Positions 32,293-40,831 of a stretch of DNA of 64,000 nucleotides are shown in pieces. The position numbers and the translations under genes are program-made. The notes under the pieces are model-generated. The model was given only the letters and a program-made list of their open reading frames with translations. It ran no database searches and was not told the DNA's origin. The stretch comes from Deltaproteobacteria bacterium (GTDB lineage: Bacteria > Myxococcota_A > Polyangia > Polyangiales > Houyiibacteriaceae), in contig JAEPMI010000013.1 of assembly GCA_017644045.1 (NCBI GenBank), forward strand, positions 327,556 to 391,555, in the 5' to 3' direction. Each line of letters begins with the position of its first letter. The stretch's first letter is position 1.

Positions 32293-34926
32293 ATGCGGGA
32301 CTCGGCCCTCGTCCTTTCCGTCTTGCTCGCGCTCGCGAGCGTGCTTCTTCCCTCTCCCGCCGCGGCGCAGTCCGACGCCGAAGAGGAAGAGCGGCAGCCC
32401 GTCGTGGTGCCGCCGCGCCTCGAGGAGTTCGTCGAGGCGACCTATCCACCGGCGGCGCAGGAAGCGCAGCTCGAGGCGACGGTCGAGCTGCAGATCACGA
32501 TCGCGGTGGACGGCTCGGTCACCGACGCCAGCGTGGTCGAGCCCAAAGGCAACGGCTTCGACGAGGCGGCGCTCGAGGCCGTCCGCCGTTTCCGCTTCAG
32601 CCCGGCGACCGTGGACGGGACGCCGACGCCGGTACGCATCCGCTACCGCTACGAGTTCACCCTCGACGAGCCGGAGCCCGAAGAGGAGCTCCCGCCGGAA
32701 GAAGAAGAGGAGCGACCCGGTCGGCTCGAGGGTCGCGTGCTCACCGTCGAGGACGACGAGCCGGTGGCGGGCGCCGAGGTCGTGCTCACCAACGCGGACC
32801 AGTCGATCGCTCGTCGCACCGTGGCCGCGGAAGACGGCTCGTTCCGGATGGACGAGCTCCCTCCCGGTGAGTACCAGGTTCGGATCCTGGGTGCCGAGTA
32901 CGGCGATCAGACGCAGACCGAGACCGTTGGCGCGGGCGAGGTCACGGAGGTGGTCTACCGCCTGCGCTCCGAAGCCGAGCAGGTGCCGGACGACGAGCTC
33001 AGCTTCGGTGCGACCGCCGTGGTCGAGGCACCGCCGCGCGAGGTCACCCGTCGGTCGATCGGTCGCGAGCAGCTCACGTCGATCCCGGGCACTCGCGGCG
33101 ACGCGCTCCGGGCGGTCGAGATCCTCCCCGGCGTCGCTCGTCCGGCCTTCGGCAGCGGCGCGCTCATCGTTCGCGGTGCGGCGCCCGGCGACAGCCAGGC
33201 CTTTCTCGAGGGCATCCCGATCCCGCTTCTCTACCACTTCGGCGGTCTGACGAGCTTCATCCAGTCGCGGCTCCTCGAGCGCGTCGACTTCTACCCGGGC
33301 AACTTCTCGGTCCGCTACGGCCGCAAGATGGGCGGCGTGCTCGAGGTCGAGACGCGCGACCCGCGCGGCGACGGTCTGCACGGCGTGGCGGAGCTGAGCG
33401 TCATCGACGTGGGTCTGCTCGCGGAGTTCCCGCTCGGCGAGAACGCGAGCGGCGCCTTCGGCATCCGTCGCAGCATGATCGACGTCGTCTTCAACAACGT
33501 CATCCCCGAGGACCTCGAGATCGGTGTCTCGCAGCTGCCCGTCTACTACGACTGGCAGGCGTTCGTGACCTGGCGCCCGACCGACCGCGACAAGGTGAAG
33601 ATGCTCGCGTACGGATCGAGCGATCGCTTCGAGATCTTCGCGGGTGACTCCATCGGCGACGACCCCGACGTGCGCGGCGACGTGAGCCTCACCACCCGCT
33701 TCAACTTCTTCCACCTGAACTGGAACCGCCAGATCGACTCGCGCAGCGACGTCGACATCGATCTGCAGTACGGACCGGTGCGGCTGAACTTCGGCCTCGG
33801 TGACCTCATCGAGTTCGACCTGCTCTCCCAGCAGGTCTACACGCGGATGGAGTACACGACGCGGCCGACCAGCAGCGTTCGACTCATCGCCGGTCTCGAC
33901 GCTTATGTCTCGCCCTTCACCCTCGACTACACCGGTCCGGCGCCTTGTCAGGGCGAGGGTGGCAACTGTCAGACCGAGCTCGACGACACCCTCGAGCCGC
34001 TCTCTTTCGATGGGGTCGCGACGCGGCCGGGCATCTACCTCGAGAGCGCTTTCGACCTCGCGCCCACGCGGCTCGTGATCGGTCTGCGGACCGACTACGA
34101 CTCGACCATCGATCGCTGGAACGTGGACCCGCGCTTCAGCGGCTTCCTCGACGTCGGTGGTGGCTTCAAGCTGAAGACGGGCCTCGGCCTCTACAGCCAG
34201 CCGCCGGAGTTCCAGGAGTCCGCAGAGGTCATCGGCAACCCGAACCTCGACTGGATCCACTCGGTTCACACCGGGCTCGGCGTCGAATACGAGAACGACG
34301 CCCTCGGCATCGAGGCGGGCGTCGAGGGGTTCTACAAGTACCTCTGGGACCGCGTCGTCGGCACCGAGAACGGCGTGCCGCCGCGCTTCATCAACGACGG
34401 CATCGGCCGCATCTACGGCATGGAGGTCAGCTTCCGCCATCAGATGCGCCGCGAGATCCCGCTCTTCTTGCAGCTCAGCTACACGCTGATGCGCAGCGAG
34501 CGCCGGGACGACCCGAGCTCGGACGAGGACTGGCGCCTCTTCGACTTCGACCAGACCCACATCTTCACGCTCGCGGCGAGCTACCGCCTGCCGAAGAACT
34601 GGGAGGTCGGCGCGGCCATCCGGATCATCAGCGGCAACCCCTACACGCCGATCGTCACCGGCATCTACAACGAGGACCGCGACACCTACCTGCCGGTCTA
34701 CGGCGCGAACAACAGCGTGCGGAACCCGCTCTACCACCGGCTCGATCTGCGGGTGGAGAAGAAGTGGAAGTTCAGCTCCTGGATGCTCGCCCTCTTCCTG
34801 GACATCCGGAACGTCTACAACCAGCAGAACCAGGAGGGGCTCATCTACAGCAACGACTATCGCCAGTCGACGCGGCTGACGGGCCTTCCCATCATCCCCG
34901 CGCTCGGCATTCGAGGTGAGCTGTGA
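32293..34926 (+). CDS. TonB-dependent receptor with N-terminal TonB C-terminal-like domain and CarboxypepD_reg domain
   Basis: Signal peptide SVLLALASVLLPSPAAAQ. TonB_C-like YPPAAQEAQLEATVELQITIAVDGSVTDASVVEPKGNGFDEAALEAVRRFRFSPA. GRLEGRVLT..AGAEVVL..GEYQVRI beta-sandwich. Plug motif TRGDALRAVEILPGV. Long barrel ends in ALGIRGEL. Confidence 0.8.
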   Translation: MRDSALVLSVLLALASVLLPSPAAAQSDAEEEERQPVVVPPRLEEFVEATYPPAAQEAQLEATVELQITIAVDGSVTDASVVEPKGNGFDEAALEAVRRFRFSPATVDGTPTPVRIRYRYEFTLDEPEPEEELPPEEEEERPGRLEGRVLTVEDDEPVAGAEVVLTNADQSIARRTVAAEDGSFRMDELPPGEYQVRILGAEYGDQTQTETVGAGEVTEVVYRLRSEAEQVPDDELSFGATAVVEAPPREVTRRSIGREQLTSIPGTRGDALRAVEILPGVARPAFGSGALIVRGAAPGDSQAFLEGIPIPLLYHFGGLTSFIQSRLLERVDFYPGNFSVRYGRKMGGVLEVETRDPRGDGLHGVAELSVIDVGLLAEFPLGENASGAFGIRRSMIDVVFNNVIPEDLEIGVSQLPVYYDWQAFVTWRPTDRDKVKMLAYGSSDRFEIFAGDSIGDDPDVRGDVSLTTRFNFFHLNWNRQIDSRSDVDIDLQYGPVRLNFGLGDLIEFDLLSQQVYTRMEYTTRPTSSVRLIAGLDAYVSPFTLDYTGPAPCQGEGGNCQTELDDTLEPLSFDGVATRPGIYLESAFDLAPTRLVIGLRTDYDSTIDRWNVDPRFSGFLDVGGGFKLKTGLGLYSQPPEFQESAEVIGNPNLDWIHSVHTGLGVEYENDALGIEAGVEGFYKYLWDRVVGTENGVPPRFINDGIGRIYGMEVSFRHQMRREIPLFLQLSYTLMRSERRDDPSSDEDWRLFDFDQTHIFTLAASYRLPKNWEVGAAIRIISGNPYTPIVTGIYNEDRDTYLPVYGANNSVRNPLYHRLDLRVEKKWKFSSWMLALFLDIRNVYNQQNQEGLIYSNDYRQSTRLTGLPIIPALGIRGEL

Positions 34927-35864
34927 AGTCGACGAGTCGAGCGCTGCTGGGGGTCTTCGTGCTCGCGGCTCTCGCGGCCTGCGGCGAGAGCCCGGACCCG
35001 GGCTATCTGCTGACCCGCCAGCGGGTCGTCGGCGCCATCCGCACGGTGGTCGGTGAGCCCGAGCGCACCACCCCGCGCCCCGGCGAGACCGTGCGCGTGC
35101 AGTGGCAGACGATCGCGCCCGGCGTCGTGGAGCCGCACACCTGGCTGATCCTCGCGTGTGCTCCCTCGGACCAGGCGTTCGGTGTTCCGGTCTGCGGCGA
35201 GGCGCCCTTCGAGATCTTCTCGCAGACCACGCCGGTCGACGGCCCGCCCGACCTCGAGATCGAGGTGCCTGCCGACTACGAGGCGGACCAGCTCGTCCTG
35301 CTCGGTTCGATCTGCATGGGCGGCATCGTGGAGACGAACCTCGACCCGACCAGCACGATCGAGGACCTGCGCCCCTGTCGCGGCGACGAGGGGACGGGTG
35401 AGATCGTGTCGGGCACCGTCACCGTCGAGCAGCGCCCCGAGCTCCGCAACCTGCGGCCGCGCTTCATGTCGCTCTCGCTCCGCGGCGAGGAGATGACGGA
35501 GACCGTCGACGAGGCCCGTCAGCCCTGCGTCGGTGGCACTCTGCCGGTGGTGAGCCTCGACGAGGAAGCCGAGATCACCATCACGCCGGTGCCGGACCAG
35601 CGAGAGACCTACATCGATCCGGTGCTCGAAGAGGAGACCGTCGAGGAGCTGCAGAACAGCCTCTTCGTCACCGAGGGCACGCTGAACCGGCGCTTCACCT
35701 TCATCGACGAGGGAACGCCCGAGCCTACCGTCGAGTTCCTCGCGGAGGCCGACGACGACGACCCGCTCCCCGACGAGGGCCGCAGCGTGAAGCTCGTCGT
35801 GGTCATGCGCGACCGCCGCGGCGGCGAAGACATCATCAGCCGCGCCTTCTGCCTCGTCCCCTGA
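34923..35864 (+). CDS. Lipoprotein, unknown function, translationally coupled to the TonB-dependent receptor
   Basis: GTG start overlaps the receptor stop (GTGA). Lipobox LGVFVLAALAACGESPD. There is no recognisable motif. Confidence 0.6.
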   Translation: MKSTSRALLGVFVLAALAACGESPDPGYLLTRQRVVGAIRTVVGEPERTTPRPGETVRVQWQTIAPGVVEPHTWLILACAPSDQAFGVPVCGEAPFEIFSQTTPVDGPPDLEIEVPADYEADQLVLLGSICMGGIVETNLDPTSTIEDLRPCRGDEGTGEIVSGTVTVEQRPELRNLRPRFMSLSLRGEEMTETVDEARQPCVGGTLPVVSLDEEAEITITPVPDQRETYIDPVLEEETVEELQNSLFVTEGTLNRRFTFIDEGTPEPTVEFLAEADDDDPLPDEGRSVKLVVVMRDRRGGEDIISRAFCLVP

Positions 35865-35911
35865 CCCAGCTGAAAGGGCCCCCGCCCCCACCAGCTGCCA
35901 CCATTTGGAAG

Positions 35912-35957
35912 GGGGACACTCCCCCCCTCCCGGCACCCCTATTTTCCAGGGGCCTCC
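35912..35957. repeat. Intergenic repeat element, copy B
   Basis: GGGGACACTCCCCCCCTCCCGGCACCCCTATTTTCCAGGGGCCTCC. Compare with copy A at 2321-2365. Confidence 0.6.
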
Positions 35958-35975
35958 TGCCTTAAACTGAGTTCA

Positions 35976-37412
35976 ATGCGCACCCGTCTCATCCTGGGGG
36001 CGCTCGCCACTCTCCTCCTCGCCGCCTGTGGTGACGACGACACCAGCGAGCCCACCGACGCCGGCCTCGACGCCGCCATCGATCTCGGCCCACCACCCGA
36101 GTGGCCCGGCGAGCTCGCCGAGACCGACACCCTCGGCGACCGACGCGGTCGCGCGATCGCCCGTTCCATCGTCCACATCCACTCGCCCCTCTCCCATGAC
36201 GCCTGCGACGGCGAAGGCTGGGTCGATGGCGAGCTGGCCGACCCGACCTGCCTCGAGCACTTCCGCGCCGCCGCCTGCGCGCTGAACATGGACGTGCTCT
36301 TCCTGACCGACCACGTTCCGCACGTGCACGAGGTGCCCTTCGAAGAGGGTCTGTGGATCGGCGAGCCCTTCGGAGCGGCGCCCGTCATGAACGAGACGGG
36401 CGACACCGTCGCCAGCCGTCTCACCTGCCCGAGCGGTCACCAGGTCTTGCTCACCCTCGGCAGCGAGAACGAGCTCATGCCGCTCGCGCTCGACCGGCAC
36501 CCGACCGAGTCCACCGACCTGATGGACCTCGAGGACGTCTACGAGGGCTCGACCCCGGAAGTGATCGCCGGTCTCCGCGACGCGGGCGGTCTCGTCTGGG
36601 CCGCGCACACGGAGGAGAAGGATCTCGACTGGCTGCGCCGGGTGCAGCCCGACGGCCTGGAGCTCTACAACCTCCACGCCAACGTCGATCCGACCATTCG
36701 CTCGGAGTCCCTCGGTCTCGAGCCGGCGCCCTACCTCGGCCGCCTCCTCGACTTCACCCGCGCGGGGCTCCGACTCGCGCCCGACCTGGCGGTCATGACC
36801 TTCCTCGATCCGAATCGTGTCGCCCTCGAGCGTTGGGACACGTTGCTCGCCGAGGGCACGCACGTCGTCGGTACCGGGGGCTGCGACGCACACGAGAACG
36901 CCTTCCCGCAGCTCCTCACCGACGGCGAGCGAGCCGACTCCTACCGCCGGATGATGAGCTGGATCACCAATCATCTCCTCGTCGACGAGCGCACACCGGA
37001 GGCCTACGAAGCCGCGCTCGCCGAGGGCCGCGTCTTCGCCGTCTTCGAGTTCCTCGGCACCCCGACCGGCCTCGACTTCGTCGCCACGAGCGGCGCCGAG
37101 AGCTACGACATGGGTGAGACCGCGCCGCTCGGGGCCACGATTCACGCGCCGCTCCCGGTGATCGGTGACACTCACCCGGTCGACCCGGAGACCACGATCT
37201 CGCTCCACCTGATCCACAGCCAGGACGGCGGTGGGGTCGAGGTCGCGTCCGCCACCGACGCCGATCTCGAGTTCACGCCGACGGAGCCCGGCGCCTATCG
37301 CCTCGAGGTGCGCATGGTCCCCGAGCACACGCGCCCCTACCTGAACCGTCGGGCCGACGAGCTCATCCGTGAGCTCCCCTGGGCCTACAGCAACCCGATC
37401 TTCGTCGAGTAA
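35976..37412 (+). CDS. Lipoprotein, PHP / CehA-McbA-like metallohydrolase (putative)
   Basis: Lipobox LGALATLLLAACGDDDTSEP. HxH...D motif IVHIHSPLSHDACDG and the later GGCDAHEN are consistent with a PHP-type trinuclear metal site. The assignment is tentative. Confidence 0.55.
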   Translation: MRTRLILGALATLLLAACGDDDTSEPTDAGLDAAIDLGPPPEWPGELAETDTLGDRRGRAIARSIVHIHSPLSHDACDGEGWVDGELADPTCLEHFRAAACALNMDVLFLTDHVPHVHEVPFEEGLWIGEPFGAAPVMNETGDTVASRLTCPSGHQVLLTLGSENELMPLALDRHPTESTDLMDLEDVYEGSTPEVIAGLRDAGGLVWAAHTEEKDLDWLRRVQPDGLELYNLHANVDPTIRSESLGLEPAPYLGRLLDFTRAGLRLAPDLAVMTFLDPNRVALERWDTLLAEGTHVVGTGGCDAHENAFPQLLTDGERADSYRRMMSWITNHLLVDERTPEAYEAALAEGRVFAVFEFLGTPTGLDFVATSGAESYDMGETAPLGATIHAPLPVIGDTHPVDPETTISLHLIHSQDGGGVEVASATDADLEFTPTEPGAYRLEVRMVPEHTRPYLNRRADELIRELPWAYSNPIFVE

Positions 37413-39977
37413 GTGGAGACGCCGCGCCTCTTCGGGCGGACACGGGCGCGCGCCGAGCTCGACGCAGCCATCGCCGACCCGGCCCTTCGATGGGTGAGCG
37501 TCGTCGGGCTCGGCGGCGTGGGCAAGAGCGCCCTCGTGCTCGACTGGCTCGAGCGGCATCCGTCGGCCGACCACACCCTCTGCCGGCTCGATCACACCGG
37601 CGCCGCCAGCCTCCCCCTCGCCCTCGCGTCCGCCCTCGGAGCGCGGGTCTCGGAGGCGACGCTCGAGAGCCTCGGCGTGGCGCTCGCCGATGCTCCGCCC
37701 ACCCTGCTGATCCTCGACGGCGCCGAGGTCCTGAGCGCCGACGAAATGCTCCAGCTCGGCGAGTGGTGCGCTTCTCTCGAGTCGATGCGGGTCGTCGCGA
37801 CCAGCCGCTGGCCCCTCCGTGTCGAAGGCGAGCGCGTCCTCCGCTTGGAGCCCCTCGAGCTGCCGGAAGCCGGCGACGACGCGGAACGCTCGCCCGCCGT
37901 GGCGATGCTGCTCGAGCGAATGGCCCGTCTCGGAGCGGGCGAGCCCGAGCTCGACGCGGTGGTGGACCTCGCCCGAGCCCTCGGAGGCCTCCCGCTGGGG
38001 CTCGAGCTCTGCGCTCGCACCGCGGCTCTCCTCGGGCCCGCAGAGACGCTCGCTCGGCTGGGTGACGTGGTCGCGCTCGAGGATCCGAAGCGCGAGCCAG
38101 AGCATCGCCAAGCGAGCCTGCAGCGGGTGCTCGACACCACCCTGGAAGAGAGCCCCGAGTGGGTGCGCCAGGGGCTCGGGCAGGCAACCATCTTCCAGAC
38201 GGCGTTCTCGCTCGCGGCGGCGGAGGCCGTCATCACGCTTCCCAGAGGGCGCTCGGTGCTCGCGTTGGTGCACGAGCTCGTGGACCGCGCGCTGGTGCAG
38301 GTCGACCGGGGTGCGGAGCGACGCTTTCGCCTCCACGACCTGGTCCGCCACGCCGCCTCCGCTCGCCGCGCGGACGACGTCGCGCTCCGGGAGCGGCACG
38401 AGGCGCACTTTCTCGAGGGCTTCGCCGACGAGTGTCTCCAGAACGCCTTCACCGACGTCTCGAGTCGCCGTCGGCTGCTGCTCGAGTCGCCCGACCTCCT
38501 GCACGCCTGCGCTCGGGTTCGCGAGGACCCCGACGCCGAACCGAAGCGGCTCGCTCGCGTGGCCATCGTCGCCAGGGCCTTCTTCTTGGCCGGCATTCGT
38601 CTCCCGGCGCTCGACGCGCTGGTCGAGCGCGTGACCCGGACCGAGACCCTACACGCGCTCGGTCCGGCGGGCGCGTCGTCGATCGCCGAGCTCGTCGGCA
38701 CCCTTCGCAGCTGGGAGCGCTCGGACGACGCTGGCGAGTGGCTCGAGCGCGCGGTGCGCCTGGCCGAGGACAGCGGCAAGCCGGAGCTCCGCTTCGGTGC
38801 GCTGATGAGGCAAGCCCATGCGCATCTCGCGCTCGGCCAAGCGAGAGAAGCGAAGAGCACGGTCGACGCGATGCGCGCGCTCCTCTCGGAGCTCTCCGAG
38901 CCGAAGTGGAGGGCGTGGGTGCTCGCGCTCGGAGCGCTCGCGGAGCGCCACCGGGCCGAGGTGCCATGGCTCGAAGCGCAGCTTCGTGAGGCCAGCCGCA
39001 TCCTCGGTGAGGTCGACGCGCCGGATGCGTCCCTCGCCTGGACTCGCGTGCGGCTCGCCGACCTCCTGGTCGACGCCGGCCGCGCCGACGACGGACTGAG
39101 AGAGGCGCGAGGGGCGGCCCGACTCAGCGCCGCCAACCCTCAGCTCCGGTCCTACGTTCGCCTCATCGAGGCTCTCGCCCACACCGGCCGGTCGGACTTC
39201 GAGCGGGCAGAGGCCGAAGTCCTCGCGATCGAAGAGAGCGCGGCCATCGACGAGAGCATCCGCCGCCTCTCCATCGTCGCCCGCGCGAGTCTGCGGCTCC
39301 GTCGTGAGCAGTGGGCGCAGGCGATGGTGGACTTCGAGACGCTGAACCAGCTTCCGGTCGAGAGCGGTCACGAGGCGTCGGCCGCGGTGGTGCACCTGGG
39401 CCTCGCGGTCGCGGCCGCACACGCCGGCGCTCCGGAACGCGCGCGGCAGGCCTTGGCGGAGGCCGGATCCCGGATCGCCGACCGCGACCCGCGCGGGCCT
39501 TTCGCCGGAGTGCTCGACCGTGGCCATGCGCTCCTCGACGGTCGCGCGCTGGCGGCGAGGCCCGCCATTCGCCCGACGCTCCTTCCAACCGTGGCGGCCG
39601 TGCTCCGTCTCGTCGCCGAGGCGGCGGAGGCGGGCGCGGGTCCCTCGATGCAGGTGGGGCCCGAAGCTCTCTGGGTTCGCGTCGCGAGCGCGGATGCCCT
39701 CTCGATGACTCGGCGACCGGTGCTCCAGCGGCTCCTCTGGGCGTTGGTGGAGCTCCACCGAGCCGGCGCGGCGACCCTCACGACCGACGAGCTCTTCGAG
39801 CACGGCTGGCCCGGCGAGACCATCGACGTGGGCGCGGCCCGGAACCGAGCCCGGGTGGCGCTGACCCGCCTCCGGAAGCTCGGACTGGACGCGGTGATCG
39901 AGCGCCTGCCCGAGGGGGTCCGCATCCGCCCGGCCGTGCGCGTGGAGCTGGTCGACGCCCATCGCCCCCCGAATTAG
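37413..39977 (+). CDS. STAND-type P-loop NTPase with TPR-like helical repeats and C-terminal OmpR/PhoB-type winged-helix domain
   Basis: GTG immediately follows the TAA of the upstream gene. Walker A GLGGVGKSAL and Walker B LLILDGAE are present, followed by a long Ala/Leu/Arg helical region. The C-terminus TTDELFEHGWPGETIDVGAARNRARVALTRLRKLGL...RLPEGVRIRP resembles trans_reg_C. Confidence 0.7.
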   Translation: METPRLFGRTRARAELDAAIADPALRWVSVVGLGGVGKSALVLDWLERHPSADHTLCRLDHTGAASLPLALASALGARVSEATLESLGVALADAPPTLLILDGAEVLSADEMLQLGEWCASLESMRVVATSRWPLRVEGERVLRLEPLELPEAGDDAERSPAVAMLLERMARLGAGEPELDAVVDLARALGGLPLGLELCARTAALLGPAETLARLGDVVALEDPKREPEHRQASLQRVLDTTLEESPEWVRQGLGQATIFQTAFSLAAAEAVITLPRGRSVLALVHELVDRALVQVDRGAERRFRLHDLVRHAASARRADDVALRERHEAHFLEGFADECLQNAFTDVSSRRRLLLESPDLLHACARVREDPDAEPKRLARVAIVARAFFLAGIRLPALDALVERVTRTETLHALGPAGASSIAELVGTLRSWERSDDAGEWLERAVRLAEDSGKPELRFGALMRQAHAHLALGQAREAKSTVDAMRALLSELSEPKWRAWVLALGALAERHRAEVPWLEAQLREASRILGEVDAPDASLAWTRVRLADLLVDAGRADDGLREARGAARLSAANPQLRSYVRLIEALAHTGRSDFERAEAEVLAIEESAAIDESIRRLSIVARASLRLRREQWAQAMVDFETLNQLPVESGHEASAAVVHLGLAVAAAHAGAPERARQALAEAGSRIADRDPRGPFAGVLDRGHALLDGRALAARPAIRPTLLPTVAAVLRLVAEAAEAGAGPSMQVGPEALWVRVASADALSMTRRPVLQRLLWALVELHRAGAATLTTDELFEHGWPGETIDVGAARNRARVALTRLRKLGLDAVIERLPEGVRIRPAVRVELVDAHRPPN

Positions 39978-40039
39978 GCCGCATTACATCGCATTTCATC
40001 GGGGAGCGCGGCTCGTTCGGCCGGCGCACCGTTCGGTCG

Positions 40040-40825
40040 ATGCTCCACCGAATCGCCCGCCTGGCTCGCGCCACCCTCCTCTGTCTCCTGCTCGTCCACG
40101 GCTGCGGAGTCAGCCGCAGTCACCTGGTCGAGGAGCGACCCGCCGAAGAGGCCGGTCCCTACATCGAGGCCCTCGTCCGGGTCGCGCAGGCTCGCGGCTA
40201 CGAGGTGCGCACTCAGGAAGACCGCGTCGCGAAGTTCGTCTTCGATCCCGAGTCGCGCGGGTGGATCACCTACCAGGTCAAACGAAACGGTATCGTGATG
40301 GTCGTGACCCTCGGCGAGGACGAGGCTCCCCAGGACCAGCTCGACGCGGCCTTCGCCCAGGGCGAGGCGCTGGGGCGGGAGCTCATGGACGAGGCCCGCG
40401 GCGTGGCGGTCGAGATCCTCGCCGAGCGGCAGCGCGAAGCCGAGCTCCGCGCGGAGCGCGAGCGGCGAGAAGCGGCCGAGGAAGAAGAGCGCGACCGACA
40501 GCGCGCTGCGGAGCGCGAGCAGCGACGGGCGGAGCTCGCGGCGTTCATGGCCGACAACCAGAGCCGGTCGCGCGCCAACGCCGTCGGCAACGACGAGCCC
40601 GACCCCGGCCAACCCGGCGGAAACGAGGGCGGCAGCAGCGCCCACTGCTGCGTGAACGGCCAGTTCTACGATTGCCCGAGCGCCGCCGCGGTGGACCAGT
40701 GTGTGGGCCGCTTCACCCGCTGCATCAGCGGCTGCGGGATGAGCTGCATGGAGCAGTGCCTGCAGAGCGATCCGCCCGACCCCTCGTCCTGCAACCGGGA
40801 GCCCAGCCGCGACGGCGAGTGCTGA
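40040..40825 (+). CDS. Lipoprotein with Glu/Arg coiled-coil segment and Cys-rich C-terminus
   Basis: MLHRIARLARATLLCLLLVHGCG lipobox at an internal ATG. ERQREAELRAERERREAAEEEERDRQRAAEREQRRAEL follows. The tail HCCVNGQFYDCPSAAAVDQCVGRFTRCISGCGMSCMEQC is Cys-rich. Confidence 0.55.
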   Translation: MLHRIARLARATLLCLLLVHGCGVSRSHLVEERPAEEAGPYIEALVRVAQARGYEVRTQEDRVAKFVFDPESRGWITYQVKRNGIVMVVTLGEDEAPQDQLDAAFAQGEALGRELMDEARGVAVEILAERQREAELRAERERREAAEEEERDRQRAAEREQRRAELAAFMADNQSRSRANAVGNDEPDPGQPGGNEGGSSAHCCVNGQFYDCPSAAAVDQCVGRFTRCISGCGMSCMEQCLQSDPPDPSSCNREPSRDGEC

Positions 40826-40831
40826 GACCCG

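Noticed and set aside
32278-38504. Long minus-strand ORFs 32278-34737 (819 aa) and 35973-38504 (843 aa)
   Set aside because: They are antisense to the TonB-dependent receptor and the PHP/STAND genes, which have clear domain signatures. The antisense translations are Arg/Val/Glu/Gly-rich without motifs.
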